A stretch of 64,000 bases of DNA, taken from contig PLRW01000247.1 in assembly GCA_003164955.1 (NCBI GenBank), positions 81,403 to 145,402 of the forward strand. The letters are read 5' to 3'. The stretch is from Actinomycetota bacterium (GTDB lineage: Bacteria > Actinomycetota > Actinomycetes > Streptosporangiales > Streptosporangiaceae). Below, in pieces: positions 24,415 to 32,949 of the stretch (positions are counted from its first letter, which is position 1; the number at the start of each line of letters is the position of its first letter). A program made the translations under genes and the position numbers. The notes beneath the pieces were generated by a model. The model saw nothing but the letters and a program-made list of their open reading frames with translations. It had not been told where the DNA came from and did not search any database.

Positions 24415-24831
24415 GTGATGGCACGCGCGGCGATCGCCCGCACGCGGCCGGTGCCCGCCGGGGCCACGGTGGCGGTGCTCGCCTCGCCGGCCGCGGCCGC
24501 CGGTCTCATCATGCTGCTCACCATCCTCACCACGGCGGCCCTTGGCCTGGGCACCCTGGTCATCGGGCTGGCGCTGGGGTCGGCCGAGCGGGAGCTGACG
24601 CTGGCGCGGCTGACCACCATGGGCCACGAGAAACCCCTCCGGCTCCTCGTCGCCGAGACCCTCCCGGCCGTCCTCGCGGCGGCCGTGGCCGGGCTGGCGT
24701 GCGCGCTGGCGCTGCCGGCCCTGACCGGGCCGGCCCTCGACCTGTCCGTGTTCACCGGGGCCGGCAGCGTGGACGCGATCATCAGGCAGTACGGGTTCGA
24801 CGGCATCGACATCGACCTGACCGGCACCTGA
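24415..24831 (+). pseudogene. chimeric gene remnant: C-terminal FtsX-like ABC permease fragment fused to a GH18 chitinase active-site fragment
   Basis: 138-aa ORF. ...GSAERELTLARLTTMGHEKPLRLLVAETLPAVLAAAVAGLACALALPAL is the last FtsX helices. This runs straight into VDAIIRQYGFDGIDIDL, the GH18 DGxDxDxE region, with the catalytic Glu position lost. Confidence 0.5.
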
Positions 24832-24929
24832 ACGGCGGACTGGCCTCGACGGCCTGCCCTACGCCGGCGTACCTTCATTAGGTTACTGGCGCGTACGGGC
24901 GGGCTCCGCCCGCCCGGGAAGGAGATCCG

Positions 24930-25829
24930 ATGCCCCGACAACGCCGGACCATCAACGGCCGTCCCGTGGTGATCACCGGCGCCGCCTCGGGTATCGGCCG
25001 GGGGCTCGCCCAGCGGCTGTCCCGGTCCGGCTCCCCGGTGGCGATCGCCGACATCGACCAGAACGGCCTGAAAGAGACGGCACGGTCACTGCCGGGACCG
25101 GCGCTGACCCGGGTTCTCGACGTCGCCGACCCTGGGGACGTGCTCCGCTTCGCGGCGGAGGTGCGCGAGTGGCTGACGGCGCCGCTGGCCGCCGTGTTCA
25201 ACAACGCCGGTGTCGCGGTCACGTCCTCCGTGCTCGGCGCCGACCCCAATGACGACGAGTGGCTGCGGCGGATCAACTTCGGCGGGGTGGTCAACGGCAC
25301 CCGCGCCTTCCTGCCGATCCTCACCGAGCAGGACGAGGGCGTCATCGTGAACACGTCCAGCGTCTTCGGCCTGCTGGGCATGCCCTACCAGAGCGCCTAC
25401 TGCGCCTCGAAGTTCGCCGTCCGCGGCTTCACCGAGGCGCTGCGGCAGGAACTGCGCGGGACCGGTGTCTCCGCGGTCACCGTCCACCCGGGCGGTATCC
25501 GCACGAACATCGCCCGCAACGCCCGGATACGCAGTGACCCCGCGGGCCGCGGGCGCAGCCACGACCAGATGGCGGCCGAGTTCGAGGCGATCACCATGAC
25601 CTCCCCCGAGAAGGCGGCGGAGATCATCTGCCGCGGGGTAGAGCGGGGCAAGGCCCGCATCCTCGTCGGGCCCGACGCCTATGCCTTCGACGCCCTGGCC
25701 CGTCTCGCGCCGGTGCACTACTTCGACATCATCGCGCAGGCGGAGAAGCGGCTGCGGTCGCGGCAGGCCGGAGCACCGCAGGAGCGGGCACGGCAGGCAG
25801 CGGCACCGGACGCGGCGGTGCAGCGGTGA
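24930..25829 (+). CDS. SDR family oxidoreductase
   Basis: 299 aa. ITGAASGIGRG, NNAG, YCASKFAV. 4-nt overlap with the monooxygenase gene. Confidence 0.85.
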   Translation: MPRQRRTINGRPVVITGAASGIGRGLAQRLSRSGSPVAIADIDQNGLKETARSLPGPALTRVLDVADPGDVLRFAAEVREWLTAPLAAVFNNAGVAVTSSVLGADPNDDEWLRRINFGGVVNGTRAFLPILTEQDEGVIVNTSSVFGLLGMPYQSAYCASKFAVRGFTEALRQELRGTGVSAVTVHPGGIRTNIARNARIRSDPAGRGRSHDQMAAEFEAITMTSPEKAAEIICRGVERGKARILVGPDAYAFDALARLAPVHYFDIIAQAEKRLRSRQAGAPQERARQAAAPDAAVQR

Positions 25830-27523
25830 GCGAGCACGTTGACGTTCTGATCGTCGGGGCGGGACTATCCGGGATCGGGGCCGCGCACCACATCCAGACC
25901 GCGTTCCCGGGCAAGACCTACGCCATCCTCGAAGCCCGCGACGCCATGGGCGGTACCTGGGACCTGTTCCGGTACCCGGGCGTGCGCTCCGACTCGGACA
26001 TGCAGACGCTCGGCTACCGGTTCCGCCCGTGGACGGAGGCCAAGGCCATCGCGGACGGCCCGTCGATCCTCCGCTACGTCCGCGACACCGCCACCGAGGC
26101 GGGGATCGACCAGCATATCCGCTACCACCATCGGGTGACCCGGGCATCGTGGTCCAGCACGGACGCGCGATGGACGGTGGAGGCCACCCACGGCACCGAA
26201 ACCGCGGTGCTGACGAGCAGCTTCCTGCTGGTATGCAGCGGCTACTACCGCTACGACCACGGCTACCAGGCGGAGCTGCCGGGGATCGGGAACTTCCGCG
26301 GCCAGGTGGTTCATCCCCAGCAGTGGCCGGAGAACCTGGATTACGCGGGCAAGCGGGTCGTCGTGGTCGGCAGCGGTGCGACCGCCGTCACGCTCGTGCC
26401 GGCCATGGCCGGCACCGCGGGGCACGTGACGATGCTGCAGCGCTCCCCGACCTACATCATCAGCCTGCCCACCGAGGACCCGATCGACGCCCGGTTCCGC
26501 AAGCTGTTCGGCACGAGGCGCGCCTACACCCTCACACGATGGAAGAACGTGCTGGTCAGCACGCTGATCTATCAGCTCAGCCAGCACCGTCCGCGGATGA
26601 TGCGCAACTGGATCCGCAATATGACGATCAGGCAGCTACCGGCCGGGTACGACGTCGACACGCACTTCAAGCCGGTCTACAACCCGTGGGACCAGCGGCT
26701 GTGCCTGGTACCCGACGGCGACCTGTTCCGCGCCATCCGCCACCGGCAGGCCTCGGTGGCGACCGGCCGGATCGAGACCTTCACCGAGCATGGAGTGCGG
26801 CTGGAGTCGGGCGAGGTGCTGGCGGCCGACATCGTGGTGACCGCGACCGGCCTGCAACTGCTCGCCCTGGGCGGCATCGAGCTGGCCGTTGACGGCCACG
26901 ACATCAGCCTTCCCGGCACGATGGCCTACAAGGGCATGATGCTCAGCGGCGTGCCGAACTTCGCGTTCACCATCGGCTACACCAACGCGTCGTGGACGCT
27001 CAAGGCGGACCTGGTGAGCGAGTACGTCTGCCGGCTGCTCGGCTACATGGATTCCCGCGGCTACGACCAGTGCGTCCCGGTCAACGACGATCCGCGCGTC
27101 ACCGAGCGGCCGCTGCTCGATTTCGCGGCCGGATACGTGCTCCGGGCCATCGATCAGTTCCCGCGGGCGGGCTCGCGGGCCCCGTGGCGGCTCGGCATGA
27201 GCTACCTGAATGACCTGATCACTCTCCGGCACGGCAAGATTGACGACGGCACCATGCGCTTCTCCCGGCTCGCGAAGGTGCGCAGACCGGCCCGGGCCGT
27301 TCCGCCCCGGTTAACCGCCAATCCCGGTGGAGATCACCAGCTCGGCGGGGCCATCGGCCTCGCCGAGCTCACCACCGTCGCCGCCACCGCAACTACCCGC
27401 GCCGCCCGCCACGCCCCTTACCTGGCCGCCCTCGTCCACGGCTACCACGTCGCATTCCTCGCCGACGCGGCCGTCATGCTCGCCGCCTCCCTGACGGCCC
27501 TGGTCCTGCCCGCCGTGAGCTGA
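25826..27523 (+). CDS. flavin-containing (Baeyer-Villiger/EthA-type) monooxygenase with a foreign C-terminal tail
   Basis: 565 aa. VLIVGAGLSGIGAA, GGTWDLFRYPGVRSDSD, VVVVGSGATAV. The EthA-like end ...RHGKIDDGTMRFSR falls near residue 490. The remaining ~75 aa look like the last helix of an MFS transporter. Confidence 0.85.
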   Translation: MSEHVDVLIVGAGLSGIGAAHHIQTAFPGKTYAILEARDAMGGTWDLFRYPGVRSDSDMQTLGYRFRPWTEAKAIADGPSILRYVRDTATEAGIDQHIRYHHRVTRASWSSTDARWTVEATHGTETAVLTSSFLLVCSGYYRYDHGYQAELPGIGNFRGQVVHPQQWPENLDYAGKRVVVVGSGATAVTLVPAMAGTAGHVTMLQRSPTYIISLPTEDPIDARFRKLFGTRRAYTLTRWKNVLVSTLIYQLSQHRPRMMRNWIRNMTIRQLPAGYDVDTHFKPVYNPWDQRLCLVPDGDLFRAIRHRQASVATGRIETFTEHGVRLESGEVLAADIVVTATGLQLLALGGIELAVDGHDISLPGTMAYKGMMLSGVPNFAFTIGYTNASWTLKADLVSEYVCRLLGYMDSRGYDQCVPVNDDPRVTERPLLDFAAGYVLRAIDQFPRAGSRAPWRLGMSYLNDLITLRHGKIDDGTMRFSRLAKVRRPARAVPPRLTANPGGDHQLGGAIGLAELTTVAATATTRAARHAPYLAALVHGYHVAFLADAAVMLAASLTALVLPAVS

Positions 27524-27552
27524 CTGCGCATACAACGAGGTATACTTATTGT

Positions 27553-27867
27553 ATGAGCGAAACGACGATCCGGCTGGACAGTACGGTGCGCGATAAGCTC
27601 CGCGCGCTTGCCGACGAGGACCATGTCACGCTCGGGGATCTGCTCGGCCGACTGGCGGAACGCGAGCAGTACCAGCGTGACATGCGGCGCGCCAACGAAG
27701 TCATGGACCGGATGCAGCGCGAGGATTCTGCGGCGTGGCATGAGTACGTGTCCGAGCTGCACGCATTCGAAGCCGGTACGGCCCGCGACGGGCTGACGGA
27801 GGCGGCAGCCGACTGGCCGGAGTACAACGACGCCGGAAGTGTGACGCGTGCCCTACCAGGCCGGTGA
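27553..27867 (+). CDS. type II antitoxin (RHH/MazE-like)
   Basis: 104 aa. N-terminal TIRLDSTVRDKLRALADEDHVTLGDLL is ribbon-helix-helix-like. Overlaps the toxin gene by 20 nt. Inverted repeat CATACAA/TTGTATG at 27529-27555 spans the start. Confidence 0.7.
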   Translation: MSETTIRLDSTVRDKLRALADEDHVTLGDLLGRLAEREQYQRDMRRANEVMDRMQREDSAAWHEYVSELHAFEAGTARDGLTEAAADWPEYNDAGSVTRALPGR

Positions 27868-28186
27868 CGTGCTGCTGGCCGACCTGGATCCGGTGGCGGG
27901 TCACGAGCAGGGAGGCCGGCGTCCCGTCCTGGTACTGTCCGGGCTCTCCTATAACGATCTGCGCAACGAGCAGCTCATCGTGGCCGCGATTACCAGCCGC
28001 CAGCGCGGGCTGCCCTTCCACATCCCGGTGGGCACCGATTCCGGGCTGCGCGCGCCAAGCTGGGTTCAGCCCGAATCGGTCCGGGCGATCTCGGCGCAGC
28101 GGGTGATCAGGCCGCTAGGCCGGGCCTGCCCGCAGACAGTAGCTGACGTGCGTAACCGGGTCATCAACTTCCTCCGCGACTGGTAA
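27848..28186 (+). CDS. mazF: MazF/PemK family endoribonuclease toxin
   Basis: 112 aa. GDVLLADLDPVAGHEQGGRRPVLVLS...VAAITS...P.HIPV...S.VQPE.VRAIS pattern. Confidence 0.85.
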   Translation: MPYQAGDVLLADLDPVAGHEQGGRRPVLVLSGLSYNDLRNEQLIVAAITSRQRGLPFHIPVGTDSGLRAPSWVQPESVRAISAQRVIRPLGRACPQTVADVRNRVINFLRDW

Positions 28187-28230
28187 GTCGTGGCGAACGG
28201 CCACGGCCGAACCTCCTGCTCGACCCGAGG

Positions 28231-29010
28231 TCAGTCTGCCCGCGCGGGCCGGGCCGCCGCCAGCTGGGACCGCAACACGGACCGGGCGGTGACAAGGGAC
28301 GGTCCGTACCAGGTCAGGCTGCGCCCTTCGACCAGGGCGACACGCTGCCGGGGAAACATCTCCGGCCCGTCACCCTCGCGGAAGGGATACGGCTCGTCGG
28401 GCAGCACGATGATGTCCGGCTCGCGGGAGGCCAGGTCGTCCAGGTCGATGTGCGGGTAACGGCCGGGATCGTCGCCGTAGACGTTCGCCAGCCCGAGCCG
28501 GGCGGCGACATCGCCGGTGAACGTGGCGGAGCCGACGGCCATCCACGGATCCCGCCAGATGGGAATGGCCGCGCGGGCCCGGGCGCTGGGCGGCGGCTCG
28601 GTCCATTCGCGTTCGGCGGCCTCGAGCCACTCCGGCACCGGCCAGCCGAGGGCACCGAACATGCGCCGCAGTGAGGCCATCGCCTGATCCACGGTCTGGA
28701 TGACCGTCACCCACACGGGCACCCCAGCCGTGCGGAGACGCTCGACATCGATCCGCCGGTTCTCCTCCTGGTTCACCAGGACCACGTCGGGTTCCAGGGC
28801 CCGGATGGCGGCCAGATCGGGGTTCTTGGTGCCGCGCACCCGCGGCACATCCAGGTCCGCCGGGTGAGTGCACCAGTCGGTCGCGCCGGCCAGCGCCTCC
28901 GGGCGGGTCGCGGCCACCGACTCGGTCAGCGACGGCACCAGGGAGACCACCCGCCGGGCGGGCCGCGTCAGCGGCACCGGATGCCCGAGATCATCGCGCG
29001 CGCTTTCCAT
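28231..29010 (-). CDS. helical-backbone metal receptor / cobalamin-binding (BtuF/TroA-like) protein, no signal peptide
   Basis: 259 aa. RVVSLVPSLTE...ATDWC..P....V.GTKNPDLAAIRALEPDVVLVNQEEN. No permease or ATPase partner nearby. Confidence 0.65.
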   Translation of the reverse strand: MESARDDLGHPVPLTRPARRVVSLVPSLTESVAATRPEALAGATDWCTHPADLDVPRVRGTKNPDLAAIRALEPDVVLVNQEENRRIDVERLRTAGVPVWVTVIQTVDQAMASLRRMFGALGWPVPEWLEAAEREWTEPPPSARARAAIPIWRDPWMAVGSATFTGDVAARLGLANVYGDDPGRYPHIDLDDLASREPDIIVLPDEPYPFREGDGPEMFPRQRVALVEGRSLTWYGPSLVTARSVLRSQLAAARPARAD

Positions 29011-29134
29011 GGTCTCCGCTGGGGTCTCCTCCGGCCGAATCGTGGCTGGCGGCTGTGATCAGCACCAGCCCCGGACACCACGATAGGCCAGAGTAGTCTT
29101 ACCACCCGGGCCGCGCACGCGACGTCCGGCCGAC

Positions 29135-29527
29135 ATGAGGAGCGCGAAGGCCATGGCCGGAGAGCACTGGAAAGCGGCGCCGGAAGCGCAGGACTTCCCG
29201 GCGGCTGAGTCTTACCTTTCCCTGCTGGTCGGCCACGTCAAGGCGGCCAGGCTGGCCAAGGCCCTGCGCAAAGAAGACACGCTGCAGCACTACGCGGCCA
29301 AGGACATCCTGCGGGCCGCCCGACTGCCCTTGCTGGGGCCTGACGACCCGGAGGTCGCCAATGACCTCGACAAGGTCAAGGCCGGCCAGAAACTGTCCCC
29401 CGTGCTGCTGGCGCAGGGAATCCCGCTATGGGTGGCGGACGGTTATCACCGGATCTGCGCCAGCTACCACATCGATGAGAAGGCCCTGGTGCCGTGCCGG
29501 ATGGTCGCCCGTCAGCCCGAGAGCTGA
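29135..29527 (+). CDS. hypothetical protein (possible ParB/Srx-fold DGYHR motif)
   Basis: 130 aa. PVLLAQGIPLWVADGYHRICASY. No family assigned. Confidence 0.4.
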   Translation: MRSAKAMAGEHWKAAPEAQDFPAAESYLSLLVGHVKAARLAKALRKEDTLQHYAAKDILRAARLPLLGPDDPEVANDLDKVKAGQKLSPVLLAQGIPLWVADGYHRICASYHIDEKALVPCRMVARQPES

Positions 29528-29580
29528 CCCACGGCCGGCCATGACGTCAGGATCAGCCGCCGGGGGCATCGCCGCCGCCG

Positions 29581-29648
29581 GATGAGGTGTACCGCCGGAT
29601 CAGGTGTACCGGCGGATCAGGTGTACCGGCGGATCAGGTGTACCGGCG
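29581..29648. repeat. 17-bp tandem repeat x4 spanning and following the stop codon of the acyl-CoA dehydrogenase gene
   Basis: GATSAGGTGTACCGSCG at 29581, 29598, 29615 and 29632. Each unit carries a TCA (a stop on the minus strand). Confidence 0.9.
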
Positions 29649-30716
29649 GGCCAGCCGCCGGCGGTGAGCGGCCGGTGAGCCGAACAACGAGCGGTTCAGT
29701 GTGGCGCGCTTGAGATAGACGTGGATGCCGCTCTCCCACGTGTAACCCATCCCGCCGTGCAGCTGCATCGCCGTGCCGGCGGCCTGCACCGCAGCGGCGC
29801 AGGCGTACGACTTCGCCATCGACGCCGCGACCCCCGCCTCGGGGTCGTCCTCGGCCATCCGGCGCACCGCCTCGCGGACCAGCTGCCGGGACACGGCGGC
29901 CTGCACCAGCAGGTCCGCGCACGCGTGCTTCACGGCCTGGAACGACCCGATCGGCCGCCCGAACTGCTCGCGCACCCGGGCGTGGGCGACGGTCGCCTCC
30001 AGCATGGCCTCGGCCAGGCCCAGGCTGTCGCACGCCATCGCGACGGCCGCCCGGTCGAGCAGCCGGTGCACGGCGGCCCGCGGATCGCCGCCGAAGCGCA
30101 GCACGGCCACCCCGTCCAGAGTCACCGCCTCGGCACGCACCAGCCCGAAGCGCCGAGTGGCGTCCACCACCGGCTGCGGGATCACCGTCAGGCCGGCGGC
30201 CTCCGCGCCCAGGGGGACGACGACCGGTGTACCGGCTGGGTCGAGCGCCAGCAGCAGCAGAAGGCCGGCCTCGGCGGCGTCGGGAACGAAGCCCGCGTGG
30301 CCGCGCAACCGGGGCCCCGCCGGACGGTCTTCGAGCCGGAAGGGGACGGCGCCGCCCAGGCCGTCGTCGGTGCCGTCGACCAGGGCGGCGGTCAGGACCT
30401 GCGTCCCGCTCGCGGTCCGGCGCAGCAATTCGTCCCGCTCGCCGTCCGGCTCCAGCGCGGCCAGCGTCCCGGCGGCCAGCACGGCCGCCCCGAGGTAGCC
30501 GGTGCTGGCGGCCGCGCGGCCGAGTTCCTCCAGCACCACCGCCGTCTCCGCGAAGGTCACGCCCGCACCGTCCAGCTCCTCGGGCACCTCCAGACCGAGC
30601 CACCCGGAGTCGGCCAGCTGCCGCCAGGGCACCCCATCGGATGCCTGGCCCCTGGCCAGCAGGTCGCGGGCCACCGCGCGCAGTTCGTCGCGGACGTCGG
30701 CGGTGCCGGCCGGCAT
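29634..30716 (-). CDS. acyl-CoA dehydrogenase family protein (candidate beta-type subunit)
   Basis: Start set at MPAGTADVRDEL (ATG 30716), which shares one base with the upstream TGA. ACAD C-terminal domain (REQFGRPIGSFQAVKH..., LHGGMGYTWE). Confidence 0.8.
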   Translation of the reverse strand: MPAGTADVRDELRAVARDLLARGQASDGVPWRQLADSGWLGLEVPEELDGAGVTFAETAVVLEELGRAAASTGYLGAAVLAAGTLAALEPDGERDELLRRTASGTQVLTAALVDGTDDGLGGAVPFRLEDRPAGPRLRGHAGFVPDAAEAGLLLLLALDPAGTPVVVPLGAEAAGLTVIPQPVVDATRRFGLVRAEAVTLDGVAVLRFGGDPRAAVHRLLDRAAVAMACDSLGLAEAMLEATVAHARVREQFGRPIGSFQAVKHACADLLVQAAVSRQLVREAVRRMAEDDPEAGVAASMAKSYACAAAVQAAGTAMQLHGGMGYTWESGIHVYLKRATLNRSLFGSPAAHRRRLARRYT

Positions 30717-32008
30717 CAGTCCCCCATCGGCTCTCGGGGCAGCCCGAGACCGCGCTCGCCGATGATGGTGCGCTGGATCTCGCTGGTACCACCCGGAATG
30801 GTCCACTCCCACGAGCCGATGAAGTCGAGCACCCAGGCACCCGACTCCCATCCGCTCGAGGCCGGCTTCTCCAGCACCGTCTGCCCGCCGGGCCCGGCGA
30901 TCTCGACGCCGAAGTCCATCGTGCGCTGGAGCAGTTCGCTGTAGTAGAGCTTGACGATCGAGGCGTCGGCGGGCCCCACACGGCCGGCGGCGTGCCGCTC
31001 GACCAGGTCCCGGCAGAGCGCCCGCAGGCCGGTGATCTCGGTCTCCAGGGACGCCAGCCGATCCTGCACCAGCGCATCCTCGATGGGGCGCCGCCCGCCC
31101 GGGCCGGGTCTCGCGCACGCCTCGGCCAGCCACCGGAAGCCGACATGGCCCAGCCGCTCGGCCAGCTCCAGCATCGTCATGCCGCGCTCCGCGCCCAGTG
31201 TCTCCTGCGCCACCCGCCAGCCCTGGTCCTGCGGGCCGACCAGATTGGCCGCCGGGATGAGGACGTCGTCGAGGAAGATCTCGCAGAAGTGCGAGCTGCC
31301 GGTAGCCTGCCGGATCGGCCGCACCTCGATCCCTGGGGTGCGCATATCGAGCAGGAAGTATGAGATGCCGCGCCGCTTCGGGGCGTGCGGATCGGTCCGT
31401 GCGAGGAGCAGGCACCAGTCGGCGTGCACGGCACCGCTCGCCCACAGCTTCTGCCCGTTGACCAGGTAGCCGTCGCCCTCCCGGCGGGCGGTCGCCCGGA
31501 GAGCGGCCAGATCGGACCCGGCCCCGGGCTCGGAGAATCCCTGGACCCAGATCTCACCGTCCAGGATCGCCGGGAGGTGCCGGCGGCGCTGCTCGCCGGT
31601 TCCCGCGACCAGCAGCGTCGAGGCGGCGTGGTGGATGGCGACGAAGGCCAGCACCAGCCGGGGCGCATCGCGCGCCGCGAGCTCCTGGTACAGCACGATC
31701 TGCTGAGCGACCGACATCCCGCCGCCCCACTCCCGCGGCCAGTGCGGGACGGCCAGGCCGACCCGGCGCAACTGCTGGAACCAGTCCTTCTGGAAGGCGG
31801 CGAACTCCTCCTCGCTCGCGCCGGTCTGGGCGCGCCGCCACTCCGCGGGGACGTGCCCGCCGCACCAGTCCCGCACGGCGGCCCGGAATTCCGCCGGGTC
31901 CTCCGGCCAGGCCGGGGCGGCCACGGGCGCCCCGGCCACGGGCGCCGCGGGCTCGGGCGCCGCGGGCTCGGAGGGCGCGGCGCCGGTCGCTGCGGGACGG
32001 GGCGCCAT
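30716..32008 (-). CDS. acyl-CoA dehydrogenase (candidate alpha-type subunit) with Pro/Ala-rich N-terminal extension
   Basis: 430 aa. WVQGFSEPGAGSDLAAL, GYLVNGQKLWASGA, FLLDMRTPGIEVRPI. Confidence 0.85.
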   Translation of the reverse strand: MAPRPAATGAAPSEPAAPEPAAPVAGAPVAAPAWPEDPAEFRAAVRDWCGGHVPAEWRRAQTGASEEEFAAFQKDWFQQLRRVGLAVPHWPREWGGGMSVAQQIVLYQELAARDAPRLVLAFVAIHHAASTLLVAGTGEQRRRHLPAILDGEIWVQGFSEPGAGSDLAALRATARREGDGYLVNGQKLWASGAVHADWCLLLARTDPHAPKRRGISYFLLDMRTPGIEVRPIRQATGSSHFCEIFLDDVLIPAANLVGPQDQGWRVAQETLGAERGMTMLELAERLGHVGFRWLAEACARPGPGGRRPIEDALVQDRLASLETEITGLRALCRDLVERHAAGRVGPADASIVKLYYSELLQRTMDFGVEIAGPGGQTVLEKPASSGWESGAWVLDFIGSWEWTIPGGTSEIQRTIIGERGLGLPREPMGD

Positions 32009-32010
32009 CG

Positions 32011-32949
32011 TCAGCGGGCCTCACTGAACAGCCCGGTCAGGCCGCGCCGGCCCAGCTGGCGGCCCAGCTGCTCACGGGTGGCGGACAGGCCGAGTGGCAG
32101 CCGGCGCAACGGCTGGCTGTACCGCGAGAGCCAGGACAGGAACGTCTCGTCGCAGAAGCCGGTGGCGCCATGCAGCTGATGGGCGACCCGGAACACCGTC
32201 TGGGCCGCCTCCAGCGCCGCCAGCCGGAGCGCCAGCGCGTCGGCCAGCGCGTCGGCGGGGCTGGCCAGCAGGCTCCACAGCGCGTACCGGGCGAGCATCT
32301 CGACGCCGCTGCGCTCGACCTCCGCGTCGGTGAGCTGGAACTGGACCCCCTGGAAGGCGGCGAGCGGCTGGCCGAACTGGGTGCGGACCGTCACGTGCGC
32401 CCGGGTCAGGTCGATGGCCCGGTCGAGCATGCCGAGCAGCGTCCAGCACGGCAGCACCAGCCCCAGCGCGGCATCAGCCGCCCCGTCGCCATCGACGGGG
32501 GACAGCTCCAGCTCGGCCACGAACGCCGAGTGGCGGGGCGGCGAGGTCTGCGGCAGCGTGACGGCGCGGCTGCGCTCGCCGGACACGGTCACCGCTACCC
32601 AGCGCAGGTCCAGATCGGCCACCGGGGCGGACGGCGCCGGCGCGGCGACCACGAGCAGGCCGTCGGCATCGAGGCCGGCCGGCCGGGACAGCCGCTCGGC
32701 CACCGGGTAGGGCAGCGCCCAGTAGCCGGCGCTGCGGCAGAGCGCCGCGGCCGCCTCCAGCTCGCCGGCATCGCCGCACGGGTTCAGCTCCCAGGCACCG
32801 AGCCCGGCCAGTACCGGCGCCACGACCTTCTCGCGCCGCTCGGGCTCCTCCTCGGCCAGCTGGACGAGCCGGTCGCCGCCGGCCGCCTCGAGCGCCCGCC
32901 GCGCCTGCCGGCCATACTCGGTGGCCTCCCGGCTCAGCTCGATGTTCAC
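32011..32949 (-). CDS. acyl-CoA dehydrogenase family protein, short (candidate beta-type subunit)
   Basis: Start at GTG 32949 (VNIELSRE...), overlapping the upstream stop as GTGA. C-terminal ACAD domain (TRAHVTVRTQFGQPLAAFQGVQFQL, LHGATGF). Confidence 0.75.
   Translation of the reverse strand: MNIELSREATEYGRQARRALEAAGGDRLVQLAEEEPERREKVVAPVLAGLGAWELNPCGDAGELEAAAALCRSAGYWALPYPVAERLSRPAGLDADGLLVVAAPAPSAPVADLDLRWVAVTVSGERSRAVTLPQTSPPRHSAFVAELELSPVDGDGAADAALGLVLPCWTLLGMLDRAIDLTRAHVTVRTQFGQPLAAFQGVQFQLTDAEVERSGVEMLARYALWSLLASPADALADALALRLAALEAAQTVFRVAHQLHGATGFCDETFLSWLSRYSQPLRRLPLGLSATREQLGRQLGRRGLTGLFSEAR

Noticed and set aside
24930-25829. The SDR as the missing DprE2 partner of the DprE1 orthologue
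   Set aside because: It is on the opposite strand, separated from dprE1 by a gene remnant, and overlaps by 4 nt with the monooxygenase gene it evidently pairs with.
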